Shown here: piece by piece, positions 37,270 through 45,009 of the stretch
Layout of the letters: every line of letters begins with the position of its first letter
Numbering within the stretch: the stretch's first letter is position 1
Notes under the pieces: model-generated
Databases searched by the model: none
Told to the model about the DNA's origin: nothing
The model's input: only the letters and a program-made list of their open reading frames with translations
Position numbers and translations under genes: made by a program
Source: Acidobacteriota bacterium
GTDB taxonomy: Bacteria; Acidobacteriota; Vicinamibacteria; Vicinamibacterales; UBA8438
NCBI GenBank assembly: GCA_011523845.1
Contig: WTFV01000076.1
Location: forward strand, 999 to 64,998
Direction: 5' to 3'
Length of the DNA stretch: 64,000 nt

Positions 37270-37476
37270 GGGTGATCCACGCGCGTGTGGAGGGGACCTC
37301 CGCATCGGCTCGGCGTCGCGTGCCGGTTCAGGGTGATCCACGCAGCGTGTGGAGGGGGCCGTCGAGTGCACCAGATCCGGTGCGCTGGGTGATCCATGCG
37401 CGCGTGGAGGGGATCGGGGCGCCCTTTCCGGTGGAACGGGCTCGATGGGGGTGATCTACCTGTGCGTGGAGGGGAT
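37270..37476. repeat. Four 28-29 bp direct repeats at 61/56/62 bp spacing: a CRISPR-like mini-array or an iteron/operator cluster
   Basis: R1 37270..37297 GGGTGATCCACGCGCGTGTGGAGGGGAC. R2 37331..37359 GGGTGATCCACGCAGCGTGTGGAGGGGGC. R3 37387..37414 GGGTGATCCATGCGCGCGTGGAGGGGAT. R4 37449..37476 GGGTGATCTACCTGTGCGTGGAGGGGAT. No cas gene is in the window. Confidence 0.85.
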
Positions 37477-37502
37477 TGAGGACGCCGCGGACGATGAAGT
37501 GG

Positions 37503-39197
37503 TCAGCCCGTGCCGTCTTTGCCTTCGTCCGGCTCGATCGTGACCTCGATGGGCTTGTCGCCGCGGATGTGGATGATTGCGTCGCGGCCTTGCGGCAGGT
37601 ACGGCGCGACCCAGCGTGCGACTGCGGTGCGCAGGTTCGAGAGCATCGCCTCCTCGGCCGAGGCCAGCACCTCCAGCGCCTTGGCGAACGCCGCCTGTCG
37701 GTAGTCGTCGACCTGTGTCTCATAGCTGTCGGCTTCGGGATGGTCCGATGGGGTGAAGAACGCGTCGTACATCAGGTCCGCCAGTTCTCCGGGCGTGATC
37801 GTGCTGCCGGCGGTGACGAGCACGCTCAGGTCCTCGGCCCAGCCGATGTCGTCGTCGGGGAACGCGACGTCGCCGCGGATCCGCACGCTACGGGTTGCGC
37901 CGTCGCGTCCGACGGTCTCCAGCGTGAATGTGATCCCGTCCGGACGGCCGGTGTTCGGCGGGTTCCTGCGGATGCGCTGCTCCTCGATACGGATCTCCTC
38001 CCCGTCGAGGGCGGCCGTGGTGGCCAGCTTCGTCGCCTTCGGGAGGCCGTCGTACCAGGGATAGCCGTTGTAGCGGGGCTCCTCCGCGCACAGGCGGTGC
38101 GAGCTATTCGCGCGCAGCGCGGCGCGCCAGAGCGCCTGCTGGTCGCAGGGAGGCATGTCGGCCTCGATGACGATGGGTTCGTCGGGCAAAGCCCTGCGGT
38201 CCGGCCGCTCTCCCTTGGTGGAGTACTCGTTGCTGTACTTCGGTCTCCAGGGCGAGAGCTCCGCGCGCGCGATCGGCAGTCGCACATCCTGCGCCAGCGC
38301 ATCCGCGTGCACTTCGGCGGGGACGTCGATTGCCGGGTCCGCCTTCAGCATCCCCCGGTAGATCGCCGTCCGGCAGGCGGTGCGGAGCTGCTCGACGAAG
38401 GGCGTCTCGACGATCTCCCTGCGTGCTGGCAGCACGAGCTCGAGCTCGGCGCAGTCGATCACGTCGGCCCTGACGTGCCAGGTGGACGCCATCGAGCTAA
38501 TGACCGGCAGGCCCGCGTCCTCGACGAGGATGCCGTGGAAGTTGATCTCGGGACGCCTTCCCGGCGTGTACCGCGTCGCGTGAACGCCCAGGCGGATCCC
38601 GCGCCACTCCTCGGTGTGGACCGCGCCGTGCAGGAACTCGATGCGGTCGACGTCCTTTCCGTTGCAGGTGACCGGCAGAGGGAAGTACCGGGCGGCGCAG
38701 TTGACGTTGCCGGTGCTGGCGTTGTCGTCCTCGAAGACGACCTCGGTGCCGAAGGCGAAACTGTCGCGGTCGATCACCTCGACGGCGGCGGTCTGCCGGC
38801 CCAGGAAGTGCTCCGGCGTCAGGTGGACCTGCCACGCGGGCAGTGCCGTTCCGCCGACGGGCTGAGGCCGGGAGCGGATGGTGACCTTCGGGCGGCGGGC
38901 CAGCGAGTAGATTCCCATCCCCGCAGGGTCCTCGCGCCGGGTGGTCTCGAAGTCCCACCCGGTGCGGCCGAAGGCGAGCAGCGCCGCCGGCTCCGTGATC
39001 CCTTCGCCGTTGTCTCGGACGAGGACCTCGCCGCCGGCGATGGTGACGTCGACCCTCGTTGCGCCGGCGCGGCGGGCGTTCTGGAACAGCTCGTTGAGCG
39101 TCTCGACGGTCGTGGCGTTGAAGAAGCGGGTGACGCGGCTGATGGCGTCCTCGTGGACGCGGGTGCGGATCGTTGCGGGAAGCAGCTTCTCGGGCAT
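37503..39197 (-). CDS. GHKL-superfamily (HATPase_c_3 / Hsp90-MORC-like) ATPase with a ~430-aa uncharacterised C-terminal region
   Basis: AGGAGA sits upstream of ATG 39197. TLNELFQNARRAGATRVDVTI is the N box. VLVRDNGEGI is the G1 box. EDPAGMGIYSLA is G2-like. The rest has no motif I recognise. Confidence 0.78.
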   Translation of the reverse strand: MPEKLLPATIRTRVHEDAISRVTRFFNATTVETLNELFQNARRAGATRVDVTIAGGEVLVRDNGEGITEPAALLAFGRTGWDFETTRREDPAGMGIYSLARRPKVTIRSRPQPVGGTALPAWQVHLTPEHFLGRQTAAVEVIDRDSFAFGTEVVFEDDNASTGNVNCAARYFPLPVTCNGKDVDRIEFLHGAVHTEEWRGIRLGVHATRYTPGRRPEINFHGILVEDAGLPVISSMASTWHVRADVIDCAELELVLPARREIVETPFVEQLRTACRTAIYRGMLKADPAIDVPAEVHADALAQDVRLPIARAELSPWRPKYSNEYSTKGERPDRRALPDEPIVIEADMPPCDQQALWRAALRANSSHRLCAEEPRYNGYPWYDGLPKATKLATTAALDGEEIRIEEQRIRRNPPNTGRPDGITFTLETVGRDGATRSVRIRGDVAFPDDDIGWAEDLSVLVTAGSTITPGELADLMYDAFFTPSDHPEADSYETQVDDYRQAAFAKALEVLASAEEAMLSNLRTAVARWVAPYLPQGRDAIIHIRGDKPIEVTIEPDEGKDGTG

Positions 39198-39337
39198 CGT
39201 CTCTCCTGGCGTATCGGGTGTTTTCGGGCCGGTCGGGGGGTGCGGCTCCGGGCGCCACCGGTTACCGGCGGCTCGGTGTTGCGGCGGGGCGTGGTGGCGT
39301 TCGGGCCTGCGGACGGGTCGGTGTGTTCCGGTCTGGT

Positions 39338-39880
39338 TCACTCGGCGTGCTTGTGGATCCGGTGCGGGGCCAGGTCGAAGAACTGGCGGCACAGGCGCTG
39401 CAGCCGTGTGACGTTGGTGCGTTGCCTGCGGTCGTGGCCCAGCGCGGTTACCAGCTCGTCGTGACACGTCGGGTCCAGCACCCGGTAGACCGGCGGCTCG
39501 GTCGCCTCGATCTCGAGGCGGCGGGTCTGCAGATCGCGCAGCGACTCGACGTTGGGGCTCGGTCCGATCGACAGCAGGTCGCGTTCGAGGGTCGCGAAGT
39601 CCGATGCGAGCGCTTCGTGTCTCCGTGTTCCCCCGGCAGGACCGACCACGGCTTCCTGCGCGGCGGCCAGTGTGGCGATGGCTGCCGCGGCCGGCAGCAG
39701 CCATGTCCACTCTGCGTCGGGCGCGGCCGTGGCCGCGGCGATGGTCGCCAGTCCGCCGCAGGTCGTCAGCAGCGTTCCGGTGTCGTGGCATCGGTCGAGG
39801 AAGCGTTGCCGGTGCCGGTGGTACCGCACCGAGCGGCGGGCGGCGAACAGCAGTTCGCCGTAGGCGGTCTCCGTGTCCAT
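39338..39880 (-). CDS. Two-TM protein, tentatively SLATT-like
   Basis: An N-terminal basic helix (ELLFAARRSVRYHRHRQRFLDR). Two adjacent hydrophobic spans (TGTLLTTCGGLATIAAATAA; WTWLLPAAAAIATLAAA). Then a ~90-aa helical tail. This layout matches my recollection of SLATT families, with no HMM confirmation. An alternative start at 39907 overlaps the upstream gene. Confidence 0.5.
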   Translation of the reverse strand: MDTETAYGELLFAARRSVRYHRHRQRFLDRCHDTGTLLTTCGGLATIAAATAAPDAEWTWLLPAAAAIATLAAAQEAVVGPAGGTRRHEALASDFATLERDLLSIGPSPNVESLRDLQTRRLEIEATEPPVYRVLDPTCHDELVTALGHDRRQRTNVTRLQRLCRQFFDLAPHRIHKHAE

Positions 39881-39884
39881 GGCT

Positions 39885-40844
39885 TCAGTCTTCTTCGGCG
39901 TTGCCATCGCCGGCTGTTTCGCGCTCTTGCGTCCTGCGGCTTCGGGGATCCTGTGCCTCGGGCGGTAGGGGCGGGGCCGGCGGTCCGGCGTGGCGGCCCG
40001 GGTGGCGGCGTTCGGCCTCCACGGTGGGGCTCGGGAGGCGTGTGCGGGTCTCCTCGACCAGGCCGATCGGGTCCGGGTGGGTGTCCAGGCAGTTGAGCAG
40101 CCGCTGTCCGGCCGCCGGCAGCGTCCCGCTCAGCGCCATCGCGCCGATGTGGCGGCGCGTGTTGCGCAGGATGTCGGTCGCGGGCGCGCCGTCGTCTCCC
40201 GGCCAGCAGGCGAGCAGGCCCGCCTGGGCCCAGCGCTGGATGTCGTGGGGCTTGTACGTCCAGTTGAGCATCGCTACGTCGGCGTCGTACAGCACCAGGC
40301 CGGTCGTGTGCTCTCCGCGGTGTCCGGCTTCCACCGCCCAGCGGTTGACCTCGATGTGGTCGATGACCGTCATTTCGGTGCGCAGGCAGAGCCACGCTTC
40401 CAGCGCGATGGTCTCGCAGACCATCCTGGCGTCGGCGCTGCGTCGGACCTCGTCCGGGCGGCAGCCGGGGAATCCCCGCGGGTCGATCTCGTCGAGCAGC
40501 TGGACGGCCTGGTCGCTGTAGATCCGCGGCGGCCGGATGAGGACGTACGGGCTGGAGCCGTCGTTCCACATCTTCCACCACCAGGATTCCTCGGCGAGCT
40601 GGCTGGCCGCGTGCATCGCTCCGCGCGCGCGGTGGTGCTCGAGCAGGTTCGCGGCCAGGTTTGCTTCCGAGGCGATCGCGCCCGCGCTGGTCGGCGCCAG
40701 CTGCTCGGCTATGGTGGGGAGTATTCCCACCTTCAGGTCCTTCAGCTCCAGCCATGCGGCCAGCAGGCCCCGCGCCGTCGGGTGCCTGAGTTCGTGCGTG
40801 TGGAACAGCGTCATGGTCGTGGTCGGGGTGTGGCGCTCCGTCAC
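39885..40844 (-). CDS. Hypothetical protein (319 aa), first gene of the SLATT-like/GHKL cassette
   Basis: Clean ORF with high GC3. ...SADARMVCETIALEAWLCLRTEMTVIDHIEV... faintly recalls the PIN-domain core, but the N-terminal acidic residue is not evident. Confidence 0.7.
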   Translation of the reverse strand: MTERHTPTTTMTLFHTHELRHPTARGLLAAWLELKDLKVGILPTIAEQLAPTSAGAIASEANLAANLLEHHRARGAMHAASQLAEESWWWKMWNDGSSPYVLIRPPRIYSDQAVQLLDEIDPRGFPGCRPDEVRRSADARMVCETIALEAWLCLRTEMTVIDHIEVNRWAVEAGHRGEHTTGLVLYDADVAMLNWTYKPHDIQRWAQAGLLACWPGDDGAPATDILRNTRRHIGAMALSGTLPAAGQRLLNCLDTHPDPIGLVEETRTRLPSPTVEAERRHPGRHAGPPAPPLPPEAQDPRSRRTQERETAGDGNAEED

Positions 40845-40899
40845 CTTCCAGGTCTGGAGTCGGCGGGCGCTCCGGTGGTCGGCGGCGGCGTGGTTGTCG

Positions 40900-41178
40900 T
40901 TACGACGGGTTCTCTTCCAGCGGCTCGGTCGCCGGTTCGAGCCATGCGTGGAGGATCTGTTCGTGGGTGTGCTTGCCGGAGATCATTCCTGTCTCGCGGG
41001 GGGCGATCTGCCGGCGCTGCTCGTCGGTAAGCCTGATCTGGACGGTGCGCCGGCCGTAGGGCCGCCACTCGTTCTCGTGGACGATCGCGATGTAGGTCGG
41101 CGTGTTGTCGATCAGGACGACGGTCAGCGTGTCGGGGACCAGGGGCGGTTTCGCGGTCGGGCCGGTCTTCTTGTCCAT
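40900..41178 (-). CDS. Hypothetical protein (92 aa)
   Basis: MDKKTGPTAKPPLVPDTLTVVLIDNTPTYIAIVHENEWRPYG... Very high GC3. The ATG overlaps the upstream stop (TGATG). Confidence 0.75.
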   Translation of the reverse strand: MDKKTGPTAKPPLVPDTLTVVLIDNTPTYIAIVHENEWRPYGRRTVQIRLTDEQRRQIAPRETGMISGKHTHEQILHAWLEPATEPLEENPS

Positions 41179-41482
41179 CAGTCTGCGAGCTCCAGGAGGG
41201 CGGCCCGTTTCCGGGCTGCCGATTCGCGTGCGCGTTCCTTGATCAGCTCGGCGACGGCGCGCCGGATCGCGTCGGCGTCCGGCAACCTCTCGAGCGCTGT
41301 CGTCGCGGGACCGCTGTCGGCCGAGTCGGGGTCGCGGCGAGCTCCTCGAGTCTTTGGGCGGCTTCCTTCATCTGGTCGGCGGTTATGGCCACGTGCGCGG
41401 CGTTCCGCCGTGCGCTTCGCTTGCTCTCGTGAACCTCGAGGAGTGCCGTCGCCAGGATCTGCCGTTCTTCATCAAGTGTCAT
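41178..41482 (-). pseudogene. Small helical protein whose reading frame shifts near 41335
   Basis: GAGG RBS plus ATG 41482 gives MTLDEERQILATALLEVHESKRSARRNAAHVAITADQMKEAAQRLEELAA. After that only another frame looks coding (DPDSADSGPATTALERLPDADAIRRAVAELIKERARESAARKRAALLELAD). That frame ends in a TGATG overlap with the next gene. The track frame ends at 41243 in low-complexity sequence. Confidence 0.5.
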
Positions 41483-41832
41483 GTTTCACCTCGGACGGTG
41501 TTCGGGCCGCGGCGGGGGGATGTGTGTGGCCGTCGCCGTCCTTGTCGGGGATTCGCCCCGCGGGCCGGCGGGTGTGCAGTTCGCTGTTCTGGCTGCGTCG
41601 GGTTCCGTCCCGGTAGCCGGGTCGGTGGGCTGCCTGACGGAGGTCTGCCGCTCATCGCGTCCCTGATCCCTGCGCGGCGCTGCTGCCGGGTCCCGTGCCC
41701 CGCGCCATTGGTTCGGCGTCTCCTTGGCGTGCTCTTCCGCTGCTGGTTTGCGGCCATGCGTGGAAGGTTGCGTCATTGCGGTCCTTCCTGCGTCCGGGGG
41801 CGGTTCTTGCTCTGTGCTCCTCGCAGGCTGTT

Positions 41833-42024
41833 CTACCGGTCCGTGACCGCCTGGTCGATCTCTGTACGGAGCACGGGAAGCGAGTCAGCTTCGATTGTGG
41901 CGCCTGCGGGGCTGACGAACCGCCAGCGGGGGCCGGTGCCCAGGTTGCGGTAGACCTCGCCGACCTTGGCGCCGTCGACGTAGGCGTCGTAGCTCGATCC
42001 GATGCGTCTCAGCTTCACCGGCAT
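41833..42024 (-). CDS. Hypothetical protein (63 aa)
   Basis: MPVKLRRIGSSYDAYVDGAKVGEVYRNLGTGPRWRFVSPAG... Good GC3. It overlaps the upstream gene by 10 nt. Confidence 0.65.
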   Translation of the reverse strand: MPVKLRRIGSSYDAYVDGAKVGEVYRNLGTGPRWRFVSPAGATIEADSLPVLRTEIDQAVTDR

Positions 42025-42458
42025 GGGGCGTGCGCCTTGTCGGGTGGCTTCATTGCCGGCGCCGGCCGCGGATCGGGTGCCTGCCTCGGCGGAGCCGGGA
42101 TCGTGCCGTGCTCGCGGCGCTCGCCGGGGCAGTCCTTGCAGTCGACGGTGCGCATCAGGTACCAGGGCGGCTGGGTCCGCCGCCGCCAGCCGTGCGGCTT
42201 GACCCGCACCTTGCCGGCGCCGTGGCAGCGGGCGCAGTGCTCGAAGCGCTCTACGTTCTCGATCCGGTAGCCCTGGCTTTCGAGATCGCCGCAGGCCCGG
42301 GTCAGCGAGCGGTCGCGCTCGGTCGCGGTGTCCTCGTTGGCGATGCCGAGCGAGGGCAGGCGGTCGACGGGCCGGGTGTCGGGCTCGTCGCCGACCAGAT
42401 CGGGGGCGACGGGGCGGTAGGTGATGGTTGCGCCGTAGTGCATCGGTTGCTTCGCCAT
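42015..42458 (-). CDS. Hypothetical protein with a CxxCxGxG-type zinc motif
   Basis: ...FEHCARCHGAGKVRVKPHGW...VDCKDCPGE... 147 aa. Confidence 0.65.
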   Translation of the reverse strand: MAKQPMHYGATITYRPVAPDLVGDEPDTRPVDRLPSLGIANEDTATERDRSLTRACGDLESQGYRIENVERFEHCARCHGAGKVRVKPHGWRRRTQPPWYLMRTVDCKDCPGERREHGTIPAPPRQAPDPRPAPAMKPPDKAHAPCR

Positions 42459-42540
42459 GTCGGGCGCTCGTCTCCTTCGGTTGCCGTGGAGCCGGCCCGC
42501 GGCGTCTCGTGCGGCGCCGGGACCGGCTGTTTGCCGGCGG

Positions 42541-43827
42541 TCACTCCTCGAACTGGTCGGCCGGCTTCCAGCGGGGCGGGTTCTCGCCCAGCAACGGGAG
42601 CACCCGCTGCTCGACGTTCGTGCCGCTCGAGCAGAGGCGGACGGCGTGCTCGCGCATTTTCCGCATCATCACGCCGGCCGGGTCGCCGCTGCCCCGGTTC
42701 TTCTCGTCGAGCCACACGAACCCCCAGGGGCGGAGCTGCGCTTCTCTCGCGGTGGCCGCGATCCAGGCGGCCGCCTGCGCCTTGCGCGTGGCGTGGGTGT
42801 CGCGCACGGCGCTCATCCGGGCGGCTATGCCGCGGCCGCTGGCGGCCAGCCGCTCCAGGACCGTCCGGCCGTACTCGTGCACGCGCGCGGCGCGTTCCTC
42901 GTCGAGGATCGCGGTCAGGTCGCCGATTCCGCCGCTCAGTACCGCCTTGAGCACGTGGGTCTCGCGCGCGTAGGCGTCGCGGCCGCGGTGCAGCGTGACG
43001 TACTGCTCGCCCTTGAGCTTGATGCGGTGGCCGGAGGGGAACGAGACCACGTAGCCTTCGTGGTCGGCGTCGAGCCGCCGGGCGGCGGCGACGAAGCGCT
43101 CGCGCTCGTCCCTCGTGCGGGTGCTCGCGACGAAGGTCTCGACCAGGCGCAGGCGCCCGGAGCGCGCGCCCGTGTCCGCGCAGGCGGCCAGGAAGGTCTC
43201 CGCGAGCTGGTCGTGGGACCAGTAGTGGCCGTCGTCGATGCGGCGGACGGCGAGCAGTGTGAGACTCGCATGCTCGTGCCGGACGACGATGCGGTTGTCG
43301 GGCGAGCAGAACTCGAAGAGCGGCGTGCACGGTGCGCCGTCCTGGTCGCAGATCGTCTGCTGCAGGATGGCGGTCATCTGCTTCCGTTCGCCGTCGTCGA
43401 GGTCGCGTTCGAGGAAGTCGACCGCGAGCTGCGCGATGTCGGTCGGCCCGCTCCGTGTGCACCAGGCGATCTCGCCGCTGGCGCGCCGCGCCGGGTAGAC
43501 GAGCGAGCCGTCGATCTTGGCGGTGATCTCGCAGCCGCCGTCCCAGGGGCAGGCGGAGACCGCGGCGCCGGGCTCCTGCCAGTTGAAGAACTTGTGGAAC
43601 GGGCGGGCGGCGACCTCGCCTCCCTCGTTGACGATGAGGCCGCGCATCTCGGAGAAGGGGAACCGGAACTGCTCCGGGTCGCCGGTCACGTAGGCGTAGT
43701 TGAGCGCGCGCAGCCCGCCTCTATGGCGGCAGGAGAAGGTGTCGGCCTCTGCGGCCAGGCGGCAGAGCGTCTCGCCGTCGGGCAGCGGCCGGGGGGCGTA
43801 AGGGATGGCGTCGGCATTCGGGTCCAC
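42541..43827 (-). CDS. ATP-dependent RNA ligase, T4 Rnl1 (RnlA)-like
   Basis: MRGLIVNEGGEVAARPFHKFFNWQE parallels T4 CRGIMFE...ASRPMEKFFNLNE. AKIDGSLV is the motif I lysine. FEFCSPDNRIVV is motif III-like. HEGYVVSF is motif IV. HRIKLKGEQYVTLH is motif V. Confidence 0.8.
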   Translation of the reverse strand: MDPNADAIPYAPRPLPDGETLCRLAAEADTFSCRHRGGLRALNYAYVTGDPEQFRFPFSEMRGLIVNEGGEVAARPFHKFFNWQEPGAAVSACPWDGGCEITAKIDGSLVYPARRASGEIAWCTRSGPTDIAQLAVDFLERDLDDGERKQMTAILQQTICDQDGAPCTPLFEFCSPDNRIVVRHEHASLTLLAVRRIDDGHYWSHDQLAETFLAACADTGARSGRLRLVETFVASTRTRDERERFVAAARRLDADHEGYVVSFPSGHRIKLKGEQYVTLHRGRDAYARETHVLKAVLSGGIGDLTAILDEERAARVHEYGRTVLERLAASGRGIAARMSAVRDTHATRKAQAAAWIAATAREAQLRPWGFVWLDEKNRGSGDPAGVMMRKMREHAVRLCSSGTNVEQRVLPLLGENPPRWKPADQFEE

Positions 43828-44291
43828 GTGGCGGGCTCCGGAGTGGTGGCGCAGGGAAGGCGCGCGGCCTTCGGGTCCGCGTCGCGGACGCGCCGGGGTG
43901 GGGCGGAGGGTTGTGCCGCGCTGATCGCGCGGGTTGCGGTGCGGGCCGGGTGCCGTACGGGCGTTTATCGGGCCTGCCCCGGATACGGATGTGCGTGGCG
44001 CGGACCCTGTACGCTGTCTCTGCTCCCGCTGGTCGGGCGGCCCGCTATCCCTCCGGGTCGTGCGGGAGTCGCGGCCGGGGCGCTTTCCTGTTCCCGTTCC
44101 GGCCGCTCTTTCCTTCGTCGCCGGTCTCGGCGGTGTGGTCCCGGACGTGCTCGAGGGCGGCGGTTTCGCACGGGCCGGACCGAAGGCCGAGGATCGCGGC
44201 CTGCAGGGTGCGGGGCCGAGGTTGACGGCAGGGCGGCGTGCGCCGTTCGGGATACCGGGTGTGTCAGCGCGTTGTCAGCGGGCGCCGTTCG

Positions 44292-44581
44292 TCACCGCGG
44301 TTGTTGCGTGCGGACGAGCTTCGGCTTCAGGCCGACGATGGCGGCGATGCGGATGAGGTCGCGCAGCGGTATCTGCGCGCCGCCTTCGAGCTCGCGCTGC
44401 AGTGCGCCGGGGTTGACGCCGGCGCGGGCCGCGATCTCCTCGCGGGTCATGCCGGCCTCGTTCATGCCCTCGACCAGCGCCTCGGTGATGTCGAGGATGA
44501 CGCTCTCCTCGCTGACCAGCTGCTGGTATCCGGGGCCGCGGTCGCGGCGCTCGGCGGGTTGGCCGTGCGGCGGTCTCACGG
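44292..44581 (-). CDS. XRE-like helix-turn-helix protein (antitoxin-like)
   Basis: GTG 44581-44579 overlaps the upstream stop (GTGA). ...MTREEIAARAGVNPGALQRELEGGAQIPLRDLIRIAAIVGLKP is an HTH. Confidence 0.65.
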
Positions 44582-44968
44582 CAGGTCTCCTGCGCCGATC
44601 AGGCAGCGGACGAGCGGGCTGACCTTCAGCTTGCTGACCGCCGGCTCGGGGCTGAAGACGTTGTCGCGCAGGTGGTGCTCGACCAGGGGCAGCAGCTCTT
44701 GCTCGACCAGCACGATGCCGTCGCCGGTCTCCTCGCGGTCGTCGTTGACGTGGCGGAGCAGCTCGGCGTTGAGGCGCTCGCGCTCGCTCGCGTTGCACTG
44801 CCGGCGCCTGCGGACGCGGATCGGGCGCTGCCCGGGACCGAGCCGCACCGCGGTCTCCTGCTCGTTGTACAGGTCCGCGAGGTCCAGCCGGTGCTTGGAC
44901 GCCTCGACGAGCGTGCGCTGGCCGGTGGGGTGTTCGATGATGACGGAGCTCGTGGTCAGGTTGCGCAT
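44576..44968 (-). CDS. Hypothetical protein (130 aa), possible toxin partner of the downstream HTH gene
   Basis: Clean ORF coupled to the HTH gene by a 4-nt overlap. I recognise no family. Confidence 0.6.
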   Translation of the reverse strand: MRNLTTSSVIIEHPTGQRTLVEASKHRLDLADLYNEQETAVRLGPGQRPIRVRRRRQCNASERERLNAELLRHVNDDREETGDGIVLVEQELLPLVEHHLRDNVFSPEPAVSKLKVSPLVRCLIGAGDLP

Positions 44969-45009
44969 TGCGGTACATGTCTAGGGCGGCGTGGCCGCCC
45001 GGGGCGTTG

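Noticed and set aside
37149-37454. The + strand ORF translating the repeats as WVIHARVEG twice
   Set aside because: The peptide periodicity simply mirrors the DNA repeats. There is no RBS, it is antisense to the operon, and R2 and R4 fall in other frames.
41486-41776. 96-aa Pro/Thr/Arg-rich ORF in the 350-nt spacer
   Set aside because: It is low-complexity, its stop sits inside the next gene's RBS, and an equally long junk ORF exists in another frame. It was not excluded outright and is covered under the A-poor spacer finding.
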